Positions 1-9,675 are shown, numbered from the stretch's first letter. The stretch is 64,000 nucleotides of DNA from Pontiella sp. (GCA_050290185.1 JBNKHE010000002.1:64001-128000); one strand, 5' to 3'. The notes: a model not told the origin generated them from the letters alone. Translations and numbers: made by a program.

Positions 1-141
1 CGGCAGGGCCGTTACTTCCGAGGCCGGCGGCGTAAAAAAGGCCGGATTGTAGAACTGCCCCTTTACGAGAAACAACAGAAGCACCACGACCGGGAGAATC
101 CATCCCGCTATCAGAAGAACACGAGGAAGCATGGTCGTTTC

Positions 142-1257
142 CTAGGCCAGCGCCGTTTCGGCCCGGCGGATATGATGCGCCACCGGCACCCCATTCGGGC
201 AGGCCCGCTCGCAAATGCTGCAATCGCCGCAAACCGACAACGACGGGGTCCGTCGCAGACCACGATAGGTGTCAAAGGCCATCTGCACATATTCGGCGTT
301 TTCCATGTAGTAGTCCGAGCAGCGGACCACATCCGATACCTGCAGGCCCTTAGGACAGCTGGACGTGCATACACCGCACATCAGGCAATGGCCGCTCATG
401 GCCACCCTGGCCGAGTTGCGCAACCGCACGCCCGCCTGCGGATCCGGTTTCGCCTTCGCGGCATCGACCAGCTTCTTGACTTCCGCAAATGAATTGGCGC
501 CCTTGTTGATCGTCGTGATCCCGGGCGTCGCAAGATAGTGCGGTACGGCGTCTTCGTAGGCACCTTGCACCCCACGCCCTGATTTCATCAAGACGATGCC
601 GACGCCCTCCTTTGCCGCCCGCTCGAAGATCGGAAGGAATTTTTCCTCGTCCACCATGGAATAGGCCGGCATGAGCGCATCGTAGAACCCCTGGTCCAGC
701 GCGGCCGTCAGGCAGTTGTCCACATCGCCGTGTGAGGTCAGACCGATGTACTTGAACTTCCCGGCCTTTTTCCAGCGTTCGGCGCCGGCCTTGTATTTTT
801 CCTGCTTTACATCGTTGGCGTTGTGCAGGTTGAAAAAAGCGATATCGACGCTGTCAACACCGAGTGTTTCGAGCGCCTTGTCCATGGCATAATCGTCATC
901 CGGAGCCCAGGTAATCTTCAACCCGATCTGCACCTTATCCGTCTGGCCCTTGATCGCCTCGGCGACATGATTGATGGAAACGCCCCCCTTGTATTCGGTC
1001 GAGGTGTGAATAAAGGTCATACCCTGTGCGATGGCGGACTTGATCACATTGACATCCTGCGCCGGCCCGGTGCCCAGCGAAACGGCCGGAAGCATCAGAT
1101 CGGTCTTGCCTAGTTTACGCAGCGGAACGCCACCCTGGGGCGATTTTGCGTTTTCCTCGGCGGCCTGGACCTGTCCGCCTGTCACGACGGTAGCGCCCAC
1201 AACCAAACCGGCACCTTTGAAGAAATCAGAACGGGATAGTTTTCCAGAATCATTCAT
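142..1257 (-). CDS. Aldo/keto reductase family oxidoreductase with Tat-like leader and C-terminal 4Fe-4S dicluster domain
   Basis: SRSDFFK leader; AKR start PLRKLGKTDL..SLGT; KYIGLTSH; C-terminal CLMCGVCTSSCP and CGDCSICERACP. Confidence 0.85.
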   Translation of the reverse strand: MNDSGKLSRSDFFKGAGLVVGATVVTGGQVQAAEENAKSPQGGVPLRKLGKTDLMLPAVSLGTGPAQDVNVIKSAIAQGMTFIHTSTEYKGGVSINHVAEAIKGQTDKVQIGLKITWAPDDDYAMDKALETLGVDSVDIAFFNLHNANDVKQEKYKAGAERWKKAGKFKYIGLTSHGDVDNCLTAALDQGFYDALMPAYSMVDEEKFLPIFERAAKEGVGIVLMKSGRGVQGAYEDAVPHYLATPGITTINKGANSFAEVKKLVDAAKAKPDPQAGVRLRNSARVAMSGHCLMCGVCTSSCPKGLQVSDVVRCSDYYMENAEYVQMAFDTYRGLRRTPSLSVCGDCSICERACPNGVPVAHHIRRAETALA

Positions 1258-1409
1258 CGCGACCCTTCCTTTCTGGCTGACCGCACCGCGCGGAAACCTT
1301 GAAGAAAGTTGATAACATTCGTCATACAGACCGTCAAACCGTCACCCCGTATCCGTCATCTTTGCACGGAGTCCGATTAGTCCCAGGTAATAGCAGCATG
1401 CGATGCGAA

Positions 1410-2402
1410 TCAATGCGTCCATTTGAGTAACAACAAAACCGTTCCGGTCTGAACCAGGCTAAGCCCGCCCACCAGCAGCATGGCTTTGGGTCCGTGGACC
1501 AGCAGGGAGCGGAACCGGATGCGGCTTCCGACCGCGACCATTGCCACCACCATCAGCACCTTGGCTGCAAGCCGGATATCCAGCATAACCACATGGCTGG
1601 CCGGCAACAGGCTGGCTAGCACGGCGAAGAACAGAAAACCGAGAATATAGCCGGGCATGCGCGGCAGGCGCCGTTTTCCCGCAACATCCGGCGTGTGAAA
1701 AAGATGATGGAGCAGCACGACCAGCGGACCGATCATCAGTACACGCATCATTTTTACAACCAAGGCATGGTTGCCCACATCGCCGGAAACCGCAAAGCCG
1801 GAAGCCGCCACCTGCCCCACCGCCTGAAGGCTGCCGCCGATCAGGTTGGCGGTCTGGTCCGCCGACAGCTTCAACGCCGTAGCGAGCCCCGGCAACACAA
1901 ACATGCCGACCGTTCCCATCAGATTGACGGCTGCGATCGCCACCGGCACTTCGTGCTTGCGGACCTTCAGAGCCGGCGCGCTCGCCAGCACCGCAGAGGA
2001 ACCACAGACCGAATTCCCGATCCCGAGCATCAGAGCCGAATGCCCTGAAAAACCAAGCAGACGACCGAGCGGAAGGGAAACAAGAATCGCCAGCAGCATG
2101 GCCGGAATCGCCACAAGAAACGCGTCCATGCCGGTGTGCCCCATAGCGTGAAGTTCCAGCTCGCTTCCCATCAACGCAATCGCCGCCGGAAGAATGGCGT
2201 GGTCCGCAAAATCAAAACCCGCCGAAAACAGATGCTCCTCCGGCATCAGGTTGCCCGCCACCATCCCGATCAGGATCGCTAGGCAAATCGCGCCCGGCAG
2301 GGGTATCACCTTAGAGAGAAACATCGACAGCACGGCCAAGGCGATGGCGGCCAGCAATCCTGGAATTATTTTTCTATTCGGTAAATTCATGTTCAACCCC
2401 AT
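1410..2402 (-). CDS. yeiH: YeiH/UPF0324 putative sulfate/sulfite exporter membrane protein
   Basis: About 10 hydrophobic helices; GNSVCGSSAV and VKMMRV motifs; divergent from a YeiE-like LysR gene. Confidence 0.8.
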   Translation of the reverse strand: MGLNMNLPNRKIIPGLLAAIALAVLSMFLSKVIPLPGAICLAILIGMVAGNLMPEEHLFSAGFDFADHAILPAAIALMGSELELHAMGHTGMDAFLVAIPAMLLAILVSLPLGRLLGFSGHSALMLGIGNSVCGSSAVLASAPALKVRKHEVPVAIAAVNLMGTVGMFVLPGLATALKLSADQTANLIGGSLQAVGQVAASGFAVSGDVGNHALVVKMMRVLMIGPLVVLLHHLFHTPDVAGKRRLPRMPGYILGFLFFAVLASLLPASHVVMLDIRLAAKVLMVVAMVAVGSRIRFRSLLVHGPKAMLLVGGLSLVQTGTVLLLLKWTH

Positions 2403-2467
2403 TTAAAACACGGGTAGTTGATACGCTTTTATGTCTAATTAATCCAATTCATCGTATTTATTGTAGT

Positions 2468-2484
2468 TATCAATTTTTATGATA
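2468..2484. promoter_or_regulatory. LysR-type (T-N11-A) operator
   Basis: TATC-AATTTTTAT-GATA dyad in the AT-rich gap between yeiH and the LysR gene. Confidence 0.55.
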
Positions 2485-2494
2485 TAAGAACTCC

Positions 2495-3382
2495 ATGAAC
2501 ATCACGCTTCGTCAGCTAGAGGTTTTCTGCGCTATCGCCCATCGCGGCAACGTGAGCCGGGCGGCGGAAGACGCCTCGATCTCGCAATCCGCCGCCAGCA
2601 TGGCGCTGGCGGAACTCGAACGGCAACTTGGCGAACTGCTATTCGATCGCTTCGGAAAAAAACTGGCCCTCAACGAAAACGGGAAACTCCTGCGTCCTCG
2701 GGCGCTTGAACTGCTTGCTCGGACCCACGAAATCGAGGGAATGTTTACCGATGCCGATGGAACCGGCGGCGAACTCAAAACGGGAGCCAGCTCGACCATT
2801 GGCAACTACCTCATGCCCGGCATTCTGTCCCGTTTTTCCCACGAACATCCACGTGCGCGGATCGCCCTGCGGGTGGGAAACACCGAACAGATTATCGCCG
2901 CGGTGCTGGCGTGCGAGATCGACGTTGGATTCATTGAAGGGCCGTGCAGCGATCCGAACATTGAAACGCGGATCTGGCGCGAGGACGAACTGATCGTTTT
3001 CGCCCATCCGGGTCACTCGCTAGCCGCAAAAAAGAAAGTCCTTCCCAAGGATTTGGTTTCCGCCGAATGGGTGCTGCGCGAACGCGGTTCCGGTACGCGC
3101 TCCATCTTCGAACGGGCCGTGGAAAGCCTGCCGGGCAGCCTGTCCATCCGTCATGAACTGGGTCACAGCGAAGCCATCAAGCGGGCCGTCAAAAACGGAC
3201 TCGGGATCAGCTGCCTATCGCGGCTGACCGTTCAGGAGGATCTCGAAAACGGAACACTGGTTGAATTGAAAACCCCGTTCCTGCAACTCCGGCGCAATCT
3301 CTACATCCTGCTCCGTAAGGACAAGTACATGACCGGCACGCTACGGCTGTTCCTTGATGCGCTGACAAATCCAGAATCCTAA
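2495..3382 (+). CDS. yeiE: LysR family regulator, YeiE/CysL-like
   Basis: MNITLRQLEVF HTH, SQSAASMAL; GASSTIGNY; LRERGSGTR; EAIKRAV. Confidence 0.85.
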   Translation: MNITLRQLEVFCAIAHRGNVSRAAEDASISQSAASMALAELERQLGELLFDRFGKKLALNENGKLLRPRALELLARTHEIEGMFTDADGTGGELKTGASSTIGNYLMPGILSRFSHEHPRARIALRVGNTEQIIAAVLACEIDVGFIEGPCSDPNIETRIWREDELIVFAHPGHSLAAKKKVLPKDLVSAEWVLRERGSGTRSIFERAVESLPGSLSIRHELGHSEAIKRAVKNGLGISCLSRLTVQEDLENGTLVELKTPFLQLRRNLYILLRKDKYMTGTLRLFLDALTNPES

Positions 3383-3391
3383 GCACCCTGA

Positions 3392-3506
3392 GATACGCGG
3401 CCTTTGCTACGCAAAGAGCCACGTCCTACAACGCACAAAAATCATCCCCGATGCAGAACATGAACCCACACGGTGTAGGACGCGCCTCTCCGCAGGAGGG
3501 CGCGTT
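3392..3506. repeat. REP doublet left of RAYT
   Basis: Reverse REP (rc GTAGGACGTGGCTCTTTGCGTAGCAAAGGCCGCGT), spacer, then forward REP GTAGGACGCGCCTCTCCGCAGGAGGGCGCGTT; each has a GTAG foot plus hairpin; 3392-3484 is repeated at 4047-4138. Confidence 0.85.
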
Positions 3507-3557
3507 TTGTTATGAATAATTCTTTCAACTATAATATGATTCCATAACCCTAAAACC

Positions 3558-4031
3558 ATGAACAAACATCACCCCAAACGCCCACCGCGATTGACGAATG
3601 TCTTCCATAAATTCGATCCGCCCCTTTACTTCATCACATTCTGCACATTCGACCGCAAACCGCTCCTTGCCAACGACACCTTCCACCACCATTTTGTGCA
3701 GCACATGAAACGCAAAAGCGGTAACGGCATCGCTTGCGGGGAATATGTCGTAATGCCCGATCACATCCATTGCTTCCTGCGTATCGATCCGCACCGCTTC
3801 CAACTCGGCAAAACAATCGGCTTCATCAAGCAATCCCTCTCCAAACCCTTGCGGGACGCAGGATTCGCACAACCGCACTGGCAGCCCGGTTTCTTCGATC
3901 ATCTCCTGCGAAACGCCGACAGCTATTCTGAAAAATGGGAGTATGTGCGCCACAATCCCGTGCGGGCCGGATTGGTGAAACATGCGGATGATTGGAAATA
4001 CCAAGGAGTCATCGTTCCGATCCGGTACTGA
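3558..4031 (+). mobile_element. rayT: REP-associated tyrosine transposase (RAYT; IS200/IS605 Y1 HUH family)
   Basis: YFITFCT, VVMPDHIH (HUH), WQPGFFDHLLR, YVRHNPVRAGLV; flanked by REP hairpins. Confidence 0.9.
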
Positions 4032-4046
4032 AAAACCATGCAGACG

Positions 4047-4210
4047 GATACGCGGCCTTTGCTGCGCAAAGAGCCACGTCCTACAACGCATAAAATCATC
4101 CCTGATGCAGAACATGAACCCACACGGTGTAGGACGCGGTTCCCGAAGGGGACGCGTCGAGGTCCGAACGCCGAGATACACGCCCTTCGTGCCAAAGGGG
4201 CGCATACCAC
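4047..4210. repeat. REP array right of RAYT (three hairpins in alternating orientation)
   Basis: Near-identical copy of 3392-3484; forward REP GTAGGACGCGGTTCCCGAAGGGGACGCGTC; degenerate reverse REP with GTGG foot ending at 4210. Confidence 0.8.
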
Positions 4211-4218
4211 ATACCGGA

Positions 4219-4551
4219 TCAATAATAGTTCGCGTAGAGCCAATAGATGCCGGCCAGCGCCAATCCATGAACCACAAGATACGGCGTTGAAATCGGGAGC
4301 GCCTGGAACAGCTTGTGTCCGTGGGCGAGCGATCGTTTTGCCAGCAGAACGGCAACGGAAAGCAGAAGCCCGAAAGCGCCAACCGTGGAAAGCATGAAGA
4401 AAAGCGTTTTCACGGCGTCCGAGCAGGACAGGCCCCGGACATAGTTCTCCATGAGATTATCCAGCAGCCCGACCAGCAAAATCGCCTCGGCGGAAATCAG
4501 GCGCTGGTTGGAAAACCAACGCCGCCAGGAAGCATTACGTTTTTTCGCCAT
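4219..4551 (-). CDS. Small hypothetical membrane protein (about 3 TM), probably co-transcribed with alaS
   Basis: ATG 12 bp downstream of alaS stop; hydrophobic segments. Confidence 0.65.
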   Translation of the reverse strand: MAKKRNASWRRWFSNQRLISAEAILLVGLLDNLMENYVRGLSCSDAVKTLFFMLSTVGAFGLLLSVAVLLAKRSLAHGHKLFQALPISTPYLVVHGLALAGIYWLYANYY

Positions 4552-4563
4552 CGAAACTGCAGC

Positions 4564-7218
4564 CTAGCTGTGCATTTCCTTCAGCAATCCGGGCACGGCC
4601 TTGATGGCGTCGGCGACCTTGGAGCCGTCCTTGCCGCCGGCCTGGGCCTTGTCGGGCCTGCCGCCGCCACCACCGTCGGCGAGCTTGGCGACTGCGCCGA
4701 TGAGCTTGCCGGCATGGATGCCTTCCTTTACCAGATCGTCGCTGACGGACGCCATGAAGCAGGCCTTGCCGTCGGCGTGGCTGCCGAGAATGATGACACC
4801 GCTTTCGAGCTTCTGGCGCAAGCGGTCCATCAGTTCGCGCAGCGCGTCCATCGGGACTTCGCCGGCCGTAGCGGCCAGCAGCGGCATGTTGTCGACCTTG
4901 TCGGTGAGCGTGATGTGCTCGACCTTCGTCAACAGGGCTTCGATGCCGTGGACGGCGGCCTTCATGCGCGCTTCCTTGAGCTGTTTTTCTGCGGTTTTTG
5001 CCTGGTCGGCAATGGCCTTGATCCGGTCCGGCAGGTCGGCAGGTTTGACGCTGAGGCTCTGGCTGAGATTGGTCAGCAGTTCATGCTCTTCGGCGGCCCA
5101 AGCGAGCGCCTCCATGCCGGTGACGGCTTCAATACGGCGGATGCCGGCGGCCACGGATGATTCGGAAAGGATACGGAACTGGCCGATGTCGCCGGTCGAC
5201 TGGACGTGCGTGCCACCGCAGAGTTCCTTGCTAAAATTGCCGACCGTCACGACGCGAACGCTTTCCCCGTACTTGTCGTCGAAGACGGCCTGGATGTCGC
5301 CGGACTTCTGGACGTCGGCCAGCGCCATTTCGGTAGTCGCCACTTCGGTGTTTCGCATGATCTCGTGGTTCACGATCTGTTCGATCTTGCGCAGTTGCTC
5401 GGGCTTGAGTGCCTCGAAATAGTTAAAGTCGAACCGGAGGTAGCCGGGCGCGACGAGCGAACCGGCCTGCTTGATCGTCGGATCAACCACTTGGCGCAAC
5501 GCGGCATTGAGCAGGTGCGTCGAGGTATGGTTGCGGCGGAACTGTCCGCGGCGGTAGCGCTCAACGGCGGCCAATGCCCGGTCGCCCTTTTTAACTTCGC
5601 CAAATTCGAGTTCGCCGACGTGCAGGATGATGCCTTCGGGTGTTTTCTGCGTATCGGTAACCTTGAAGTTGAAGTTGGCACCCTTGATTTCGCCCTGGTC
5701 GCCGAGCTGACCGCCGGATTCGGGATAAAACGGGGATTCCTTGAGAATGACTTCGCCGGATTCAAGCACTTCGAGTACTTCGGTTTCGCACTTGACGGCA
5801 TCGTAGCCGACAAACACGGTCGACTCGACATCCAAAGCGCCGCCTGCGGCCATGACAACCGACTTCTTGCTCTTATAGTCGGCGCGGGCGAGTTCGCGTT
5901 GTTCGTCCATCAGTTTTTCAAAGCCCTCGGCGTCAACGGAGAGGCCGCGTTCGCGAGCCATCACCTGGGTAAGGTCGAGCGGAAAACCGTAGGTATCGTA
6001 AAGCTTGAATGCCTCGTCGGCCGGGAAGGTTTTATCGGACAAGCCGGCAACCACCTGCTCGAAGAGTTCGATGCCGCGGTCGAGGGTGCGGATGAAGGAG
6101 TCCTCTTCGGCCTTCAGTGTTTTGGACACGCGGTCGAGGTTCTTGCGCAGTTCGGGGAAGGCGTCGCCATAGAGTTCGGCGACGGTGTCGGCGAGCTTGT
6201 AGAAGAAGGGATCCTTGAAGCCGAGAACGCGCCCAACACGGACGGCGCGGCGCAGAATCCGGCGCAGCACGTAGCCGCGGCCTTCGTTGGACGGAATAAT
6301 GCCGTCGGCGATCGCGAAGGAGAGGCAACGGATATGGTCGGCGATGACGCGGAAGGCGACATCGACAGAATCGGTCATGGAACTGCCGTATTTCTTTCCG
6401 CTCATTTCCTCCAGCGCGCGGAAGATCGGCGTGAAGACGTCGGTCTCATAGTTGGAGATGATGCCGGAAAAGTCGGTAAAGTTGTTGGTGCACTGGATGA
6501 TCGAGCAGGCGCGCTCGAAGCCCATGCCGGTGTCAACGTGCTGGGCGGGCAACGGCGTATAGCTTCCGTCGGCGTTGGCGTTGAACTGGATGAAAACGAG
6601 GTTCCAGATTTCGATGCAGTCGGCGCTGTCGGCATTGACCATCTTGGCGCCGCAGTTTCCTTCGGGCGTCAGGTCGACGTGCAACTCGGAGCACGGGCCG
6701 CAGGGGCCGGTGTCGCCCATCATCCAGAAGTTGTCCTTGCGATTGCCGGGAACGACGCGTTCCTCTGGCAGGTATTTCAGCCACATCTCCTTGGCTTCGA
6801 GGTCGGCCTCGGATTTATCGTCGCCGCCGAAATAGGTGGCATAGAGGCGCTCTTCCGGAAAACCCCAAACCTTGACGAGCAGTTCCCACGCCCAGTCGAT
6901 GGCTTCCTGCTTGAAATAGTCGCCGAAGGACCAGTTGCCGAGCATTTCAAAGAAGGTGTGGTGGTAGGTGTCGGCGCCGACGTCCTCGAGGTCGTTGTGC
7001 TTGCCGCCGGCGCGGATGCATTTCTGGGTGTCGGCGGCGCGGCCCGGCGTGTAGGGGCAGTTGGCCTGACCGAGGAAGATCGGCACGAACTGGTTCATCC
7101 CCGCATTGGTAAACAGCAGGTTCGGCGCGTCGGGCATCAGACTGGCCGATTTCACGACCGTGTGCTGCTTCGATTCAAAAAAATCCAGAAACGACTGGCG
7201 GATTTCCTTCGATGTCAT
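4564..7218 (-). CDS. alaS: Alanine--tRNA ligase
   Basis: LLFTNAGMNQF, HHTFFEMLGNWSFGDYFK, DTGMGFER, editing HTSTH and ELCGGTH, GGGGRPDKAQAGG; likely start MTSKEIR. Confidence 0.98.
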   Translation of the reverse strand: MTSKEIRQSFLDFFESKQHTVVKSASLMPDAPNLLFTNAGMNQFVPIFLGQANCPYTPGRAADTQKCIRAGGKHNDLEDVGADTYHHTFFEMLGNWSFGDYFKQEAIDWAWELLVKVWGFPEERLYATYFGGDDKSEADLEAKEMWLKYLPEERVVPGNRKDNFWMMGDTGPCGPCSELHVDLTPEGNCGAKMVNADSADCIEIWNLVFIQFNANADGSYTPLPAQHVDTGMGFERACSIIQCTNNFTDFSGIISNYETDVFTPIFRALEEMSGKKYGSSMTDSVDVAFRVIADHIRCLSFAIADGIIPSNEGRGYVLRRILRRAVRVGRVLGFKDPFFYKLADTVAELYGDAFPELRKNLDRVSKTLKAEEDSFIRTLDRGIELFEQVVAGLSDKTFPADEAFKLYDTYGFPLDLTQVMARERGLSVDAEGFEKLMDEQRELARADYKSKKSVVMAAGGALDVESTVFVGYDAVKCETEVLEVLESGEVILKESPFYPESGGQLGDQGEIKGANFNFKVTDTQKTPEGIILHVGELEFGEVKKGDRALAAVERYRRGQFRRNHTSTHLLNAALRQVVDPTIKQAGSLVAPGYLRFDFNYFEALKPEQLRKIEQIVNHEIMRNTEVATTEMALADVQKSGDIQAVFDDKYGESVRVVTVGNFSKELCGGTHVQSTGDIGQFRILSESSVAAGIRRIEAVTGMEALAWAAEEHELLTNLSQSLSVKPADLPDRIKAIADQAKTAEKQLKEARMKAAVHGIEALLTKVEHITLTDKVDNMPLLAATAGEVPMDALRELMDRLRQKLESGVIILGSHADGKACFMASVSDDLVKEGIHAGKLIGAVAKLADGGGGGRPDKAQAGGKDGSKVADAIKAVPGLLKEMHS

Positions 7219-7280
7219 TTTCACAACCTTCTTTCCATAAAACAAAAGCCGCCGAACCCGGTCGGCGAAAAACAGCGGGC

Positions 7281-7309
7281 TTTATACTGGCATCGGCGAA
7301 CCGATGCAA
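7281..7309 (-). promoter_or_regulatory. Putative sigma70 promoter of alaS with an embedded palindrome
   Basis: Minus strand TTGCAT-N17-TATAAA; inverted repeat GCATCGG-N4-CCGATGC at 7290-7307. Confidence 0.55.
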
Positions 7310-7457
7310 TGGCGGAATCGTGGCGAAAGCGGCCCGAATTGAACGATTGAATCCGAAAGAAGGTCTTACATTAATATGATGATCATGTTTTAAGTTTTTA
7401 TTGTCCAGCACTGGATCAACGACTATAAACCCAGAAACCTACCAAGGAGACCGACTG

Positions 7458-8066
7458 ATGAAACTTTCAATGCAAACCATCGCACTCATCGCAACATGTG
7501 CGGTGCTGAGCTTTGCCGCCAAGGCTGCAACCAACCATTTCGCGTGCGGAAACAGCGGGTTTTCCGCCTACATAATCAATGGCGAAAATAACCCTGATCT
7601 GACGCTGGTGCGCGGATTCACCTACACCTTTAATCTGAATGCCGCCGGGCATCCCTTCTACATCAAGACCGTACAAGGAACAGGAAGCGGGAACGCCTAC
7701 TCGGACGGGGTAACAGGAAACGGCACCCAAATTGGCACGGTTACGTTCACCGTTCCCACCAATGCACCGGACCTCTTGTACTACAACTGCCAATTCCACG
7801 CCCTCATGACGGGCAAACTGAATATTGTGGACACGCCAACGGTCAACATCACAAGCTTCACCGTTGGAACAACCGATGCCACGATCCAGTCCACCGGCAC
7901 CGATACGCTGAATATCAATGTCCTCACGAGCACCAATCTGACGACCAACACCGTTTGGACATCCGCATCGATCCAAACCAACACCTACGCCAACGGCACC
8001 AACACCACGCAAATCGTGAAGCCGGAAGGCGATGCCGCCTTCTTCCAGGTGGAACAGGGCTTCTAG
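7458..8066 (+). CDS. Secreted cupredoxin-like (type-1 copper) protein with Thr/Asn-rich C-terminal domain
   Basis: AGGAG RBS; signal peptide; GHPFYI and YYNCQFHALM give H/C/H/M ligands. Confidence 0.7.
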   Translation: MKLSMQTIALIATCAVLSFAAKAATNHFACGNSGFSAYIINGENNPDLTLVRGFTYTFNLNAAGHPFYIKTVQGTGSGNAYSDGVTGNGTQIGTVTFTVPTNAPDLLYYNCQFHALMTGKLNIVDTPTVNITSFTVGTTDATIQSTGTDTLNINVLTSTNLTTNTVWTSASIQTNTYANGTNTTQIVKPEGDAAFFQVEQGF

Positions 8067-8070
8067 CCCG

Positions 8071-9501
8071 CTAGAACGAGACCACCCAGCGTCCGCCGAC
8101 GATGTCCTCGTTCTGAAGTGGATCGTCATGCATCCAATGCTCGTGGTTGATGATGAGCAGGCTGCCGCCCGGCAGTGTGATATTGGGCCCCCAGGTAAAG
8201 CGCTCAATAGTTGCCCCACCATACAATACCGGATTCATAATATTGTCGTAGCGGACCAGCATTGAAATCTTCGGATTGCGCCACAACAGTCCCTCGACCT
8301 CTACGACATGTCCGGAAAAGGTACTCTCCAACGTAGGCGTTGTATCCTCCACGCGTCGCGCATATTCAAAGTATCCACGAATATAATCCCGGTATCGCAG
8401 GGTTACATCCCCACCCTCCAGTTGGTAGTTCGTTGTTGGATTTCCAGAGGCCTGCAGCTCGCCTGTTGCAAACGATCCGCCGAGAACGATCCATGAACTG
8501 CCCAACGTCACGCGCCCACCGAGAGCGGTATTGGAATTGTTGTCGTGCCAACTGCGGCTCGGCGTAAAACCGCCTTCCTGCAGCCCGTTGATCGCGTAGC
8601 CATCCAGCTGGACCGCAAATCCGGCAGGCACAGGAACGCCCAAATGCAGATCAACCCCCTCGTCGGCATAAGGCATGGGCAACACCGGCTCGTAGTAGCC
8701 GACCCGACGCCCCATGTTGTACATCAAGGGATTACTTATCGTTCGGTAGACGCCGGGATGGGCCAGGCCCGAAAACGCTCCGAAAGGAACAATGAAGCGG
8801 CCGGCTTTGGCTTCCAGCTCCACGTCCGAATCCCGCTCGTCCGCACTACGCCCCGTCATCATATGGATCAAATCCGCGGTAAAGCTGCCTTCGACCAGCT
8901 CTGCATTCAATCCACCACTGCCATTGTCGTGGCACGTGGTGCATGCCATCACCTGTGCTCGAAAAGGGCTGTCCTTGGGTCGCCAATCCGCCCCAACCCA
9001 TACATCAGGCGAAAATCCCTCGTTTTCCACCTGCATATCCCCCTTGCGCCAGAGCAGTGAAACCGTACCGTTGACGGTGACAGAAGATTCCGCCAAAACC
9101 GTTTTCACCGGAGGCGTGCGATCCGCGTCGTCCGGGGCGGGTTCGGCTGCGTTTAACGAAGCCAAATAGTCGGTAATGGGTTCGATCTCGCTTTTCAGGA
9201 TATTCGACCCCGTTTTTTCGGACATGCGCCGTACGGTCGCCAGCCACTCTTCGCGGGTTTTTAACTTTGACGTCGCACGCTCCGTATCGTGACACTGCGA
9301 ACATCGATTCAGGAACGCCGCCTGAGCATCCCCTCCGTCTCCGCGATCACCTTGCCCGGTAGCTTCCATCTGCGATAAAAGCGCCGAAGTGGATGGAGAC
9401 GCAGACTGCGTATCCACCCCGTCGCGATCCGCCTCATTCGCCATCGCCAGCGTCGCCATCAAAGTTCCCGCCAGTACAAAACAACAACATCCCCTCTTCA
9501 T
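8071..9501 (-). CDS. c-type cytochrome fused to a putative outer-membrane beta-barrel/porin
   Basis: Signal peptide; CSQCH domain; second CTTCH; porin-like AGRFIVPFG, GYAING and DNNSNTALGGRV; terminal RWVVSF. Confidence 0.7.
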   Translation of the reverse strand: MKRGCCCFVLAGTLMATLAMANEADRDGVDTQSASPSTSALLSQMEATGQGDRGDGGDAQAAFLNRCSQCHDTERATSKLKTREEWLATVRRMSEKTGSNILKSEIEPITDYLASLNAAEPAPDDADRTPPVKTVLAESSVTVNGTVSLLWRKGDMQVENEGFSPDVWVGADWRPKDSPFRAQVMACTTCHDNGSGGLNAELVEGSFTADLIHMMTGRSADERDSDVELEAKAGRFIVPFGAFSGLAHPGVYRTISNPLMYNMGRRVGYYEPVLPMPYADEGVDLHLGVPVPAGFAVQLDGYAINGLQEGGFTPSRSWHDNNSNTALGGRVTLGSSWIVLGGSFATGELQASGNPTTNYQLEGGDVTLRYRDYIRGYFEYARRVEDTTPTLESTFSGHVVEVEGLLWRNPKISMLVRYDNIMNPVLYGGATIERFTWGPNITLPGGSLLIINHEHWMHDDPLQNEDIVGGRWVVSF

Positions 9502-9675
9502 ACCCAGTTCTCCAAAGCTTACTTCACGACTAATATGCTAATCTTATACGCATTAGAAAGCAAGTTCGTGCATCCATTGGGTCAAGGTTCGGCGCGATCA
9601 GGAATACCGCCTAAACCATTGAGCGCATCGCCCATCCCTGATAGAACCCGAATGTTCGTTGACGAAGGATACCCC

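Noticed and set aside
3392..4210. Possible CRISPR array or IS terminal repeats
   Set aside because: Only two long copies, with conserved rather than unique spacers; no cas genes; the GTAG-hairpin structure fits REPs.
3525..4382. 285-aa minus-strand ORF over the RAYT
   Set aside because: Antisense to a clear RAYT and runs through the REP repeats.
5206..7350. 714-aa plus-strand ORF
   Set aside because: Antisense shadow of alaS caused by GC-rich codon bias; no motifs. The same applies to the long antisense ORFs over dnaG, priA, xseA, the VWA genes and the giant gene.
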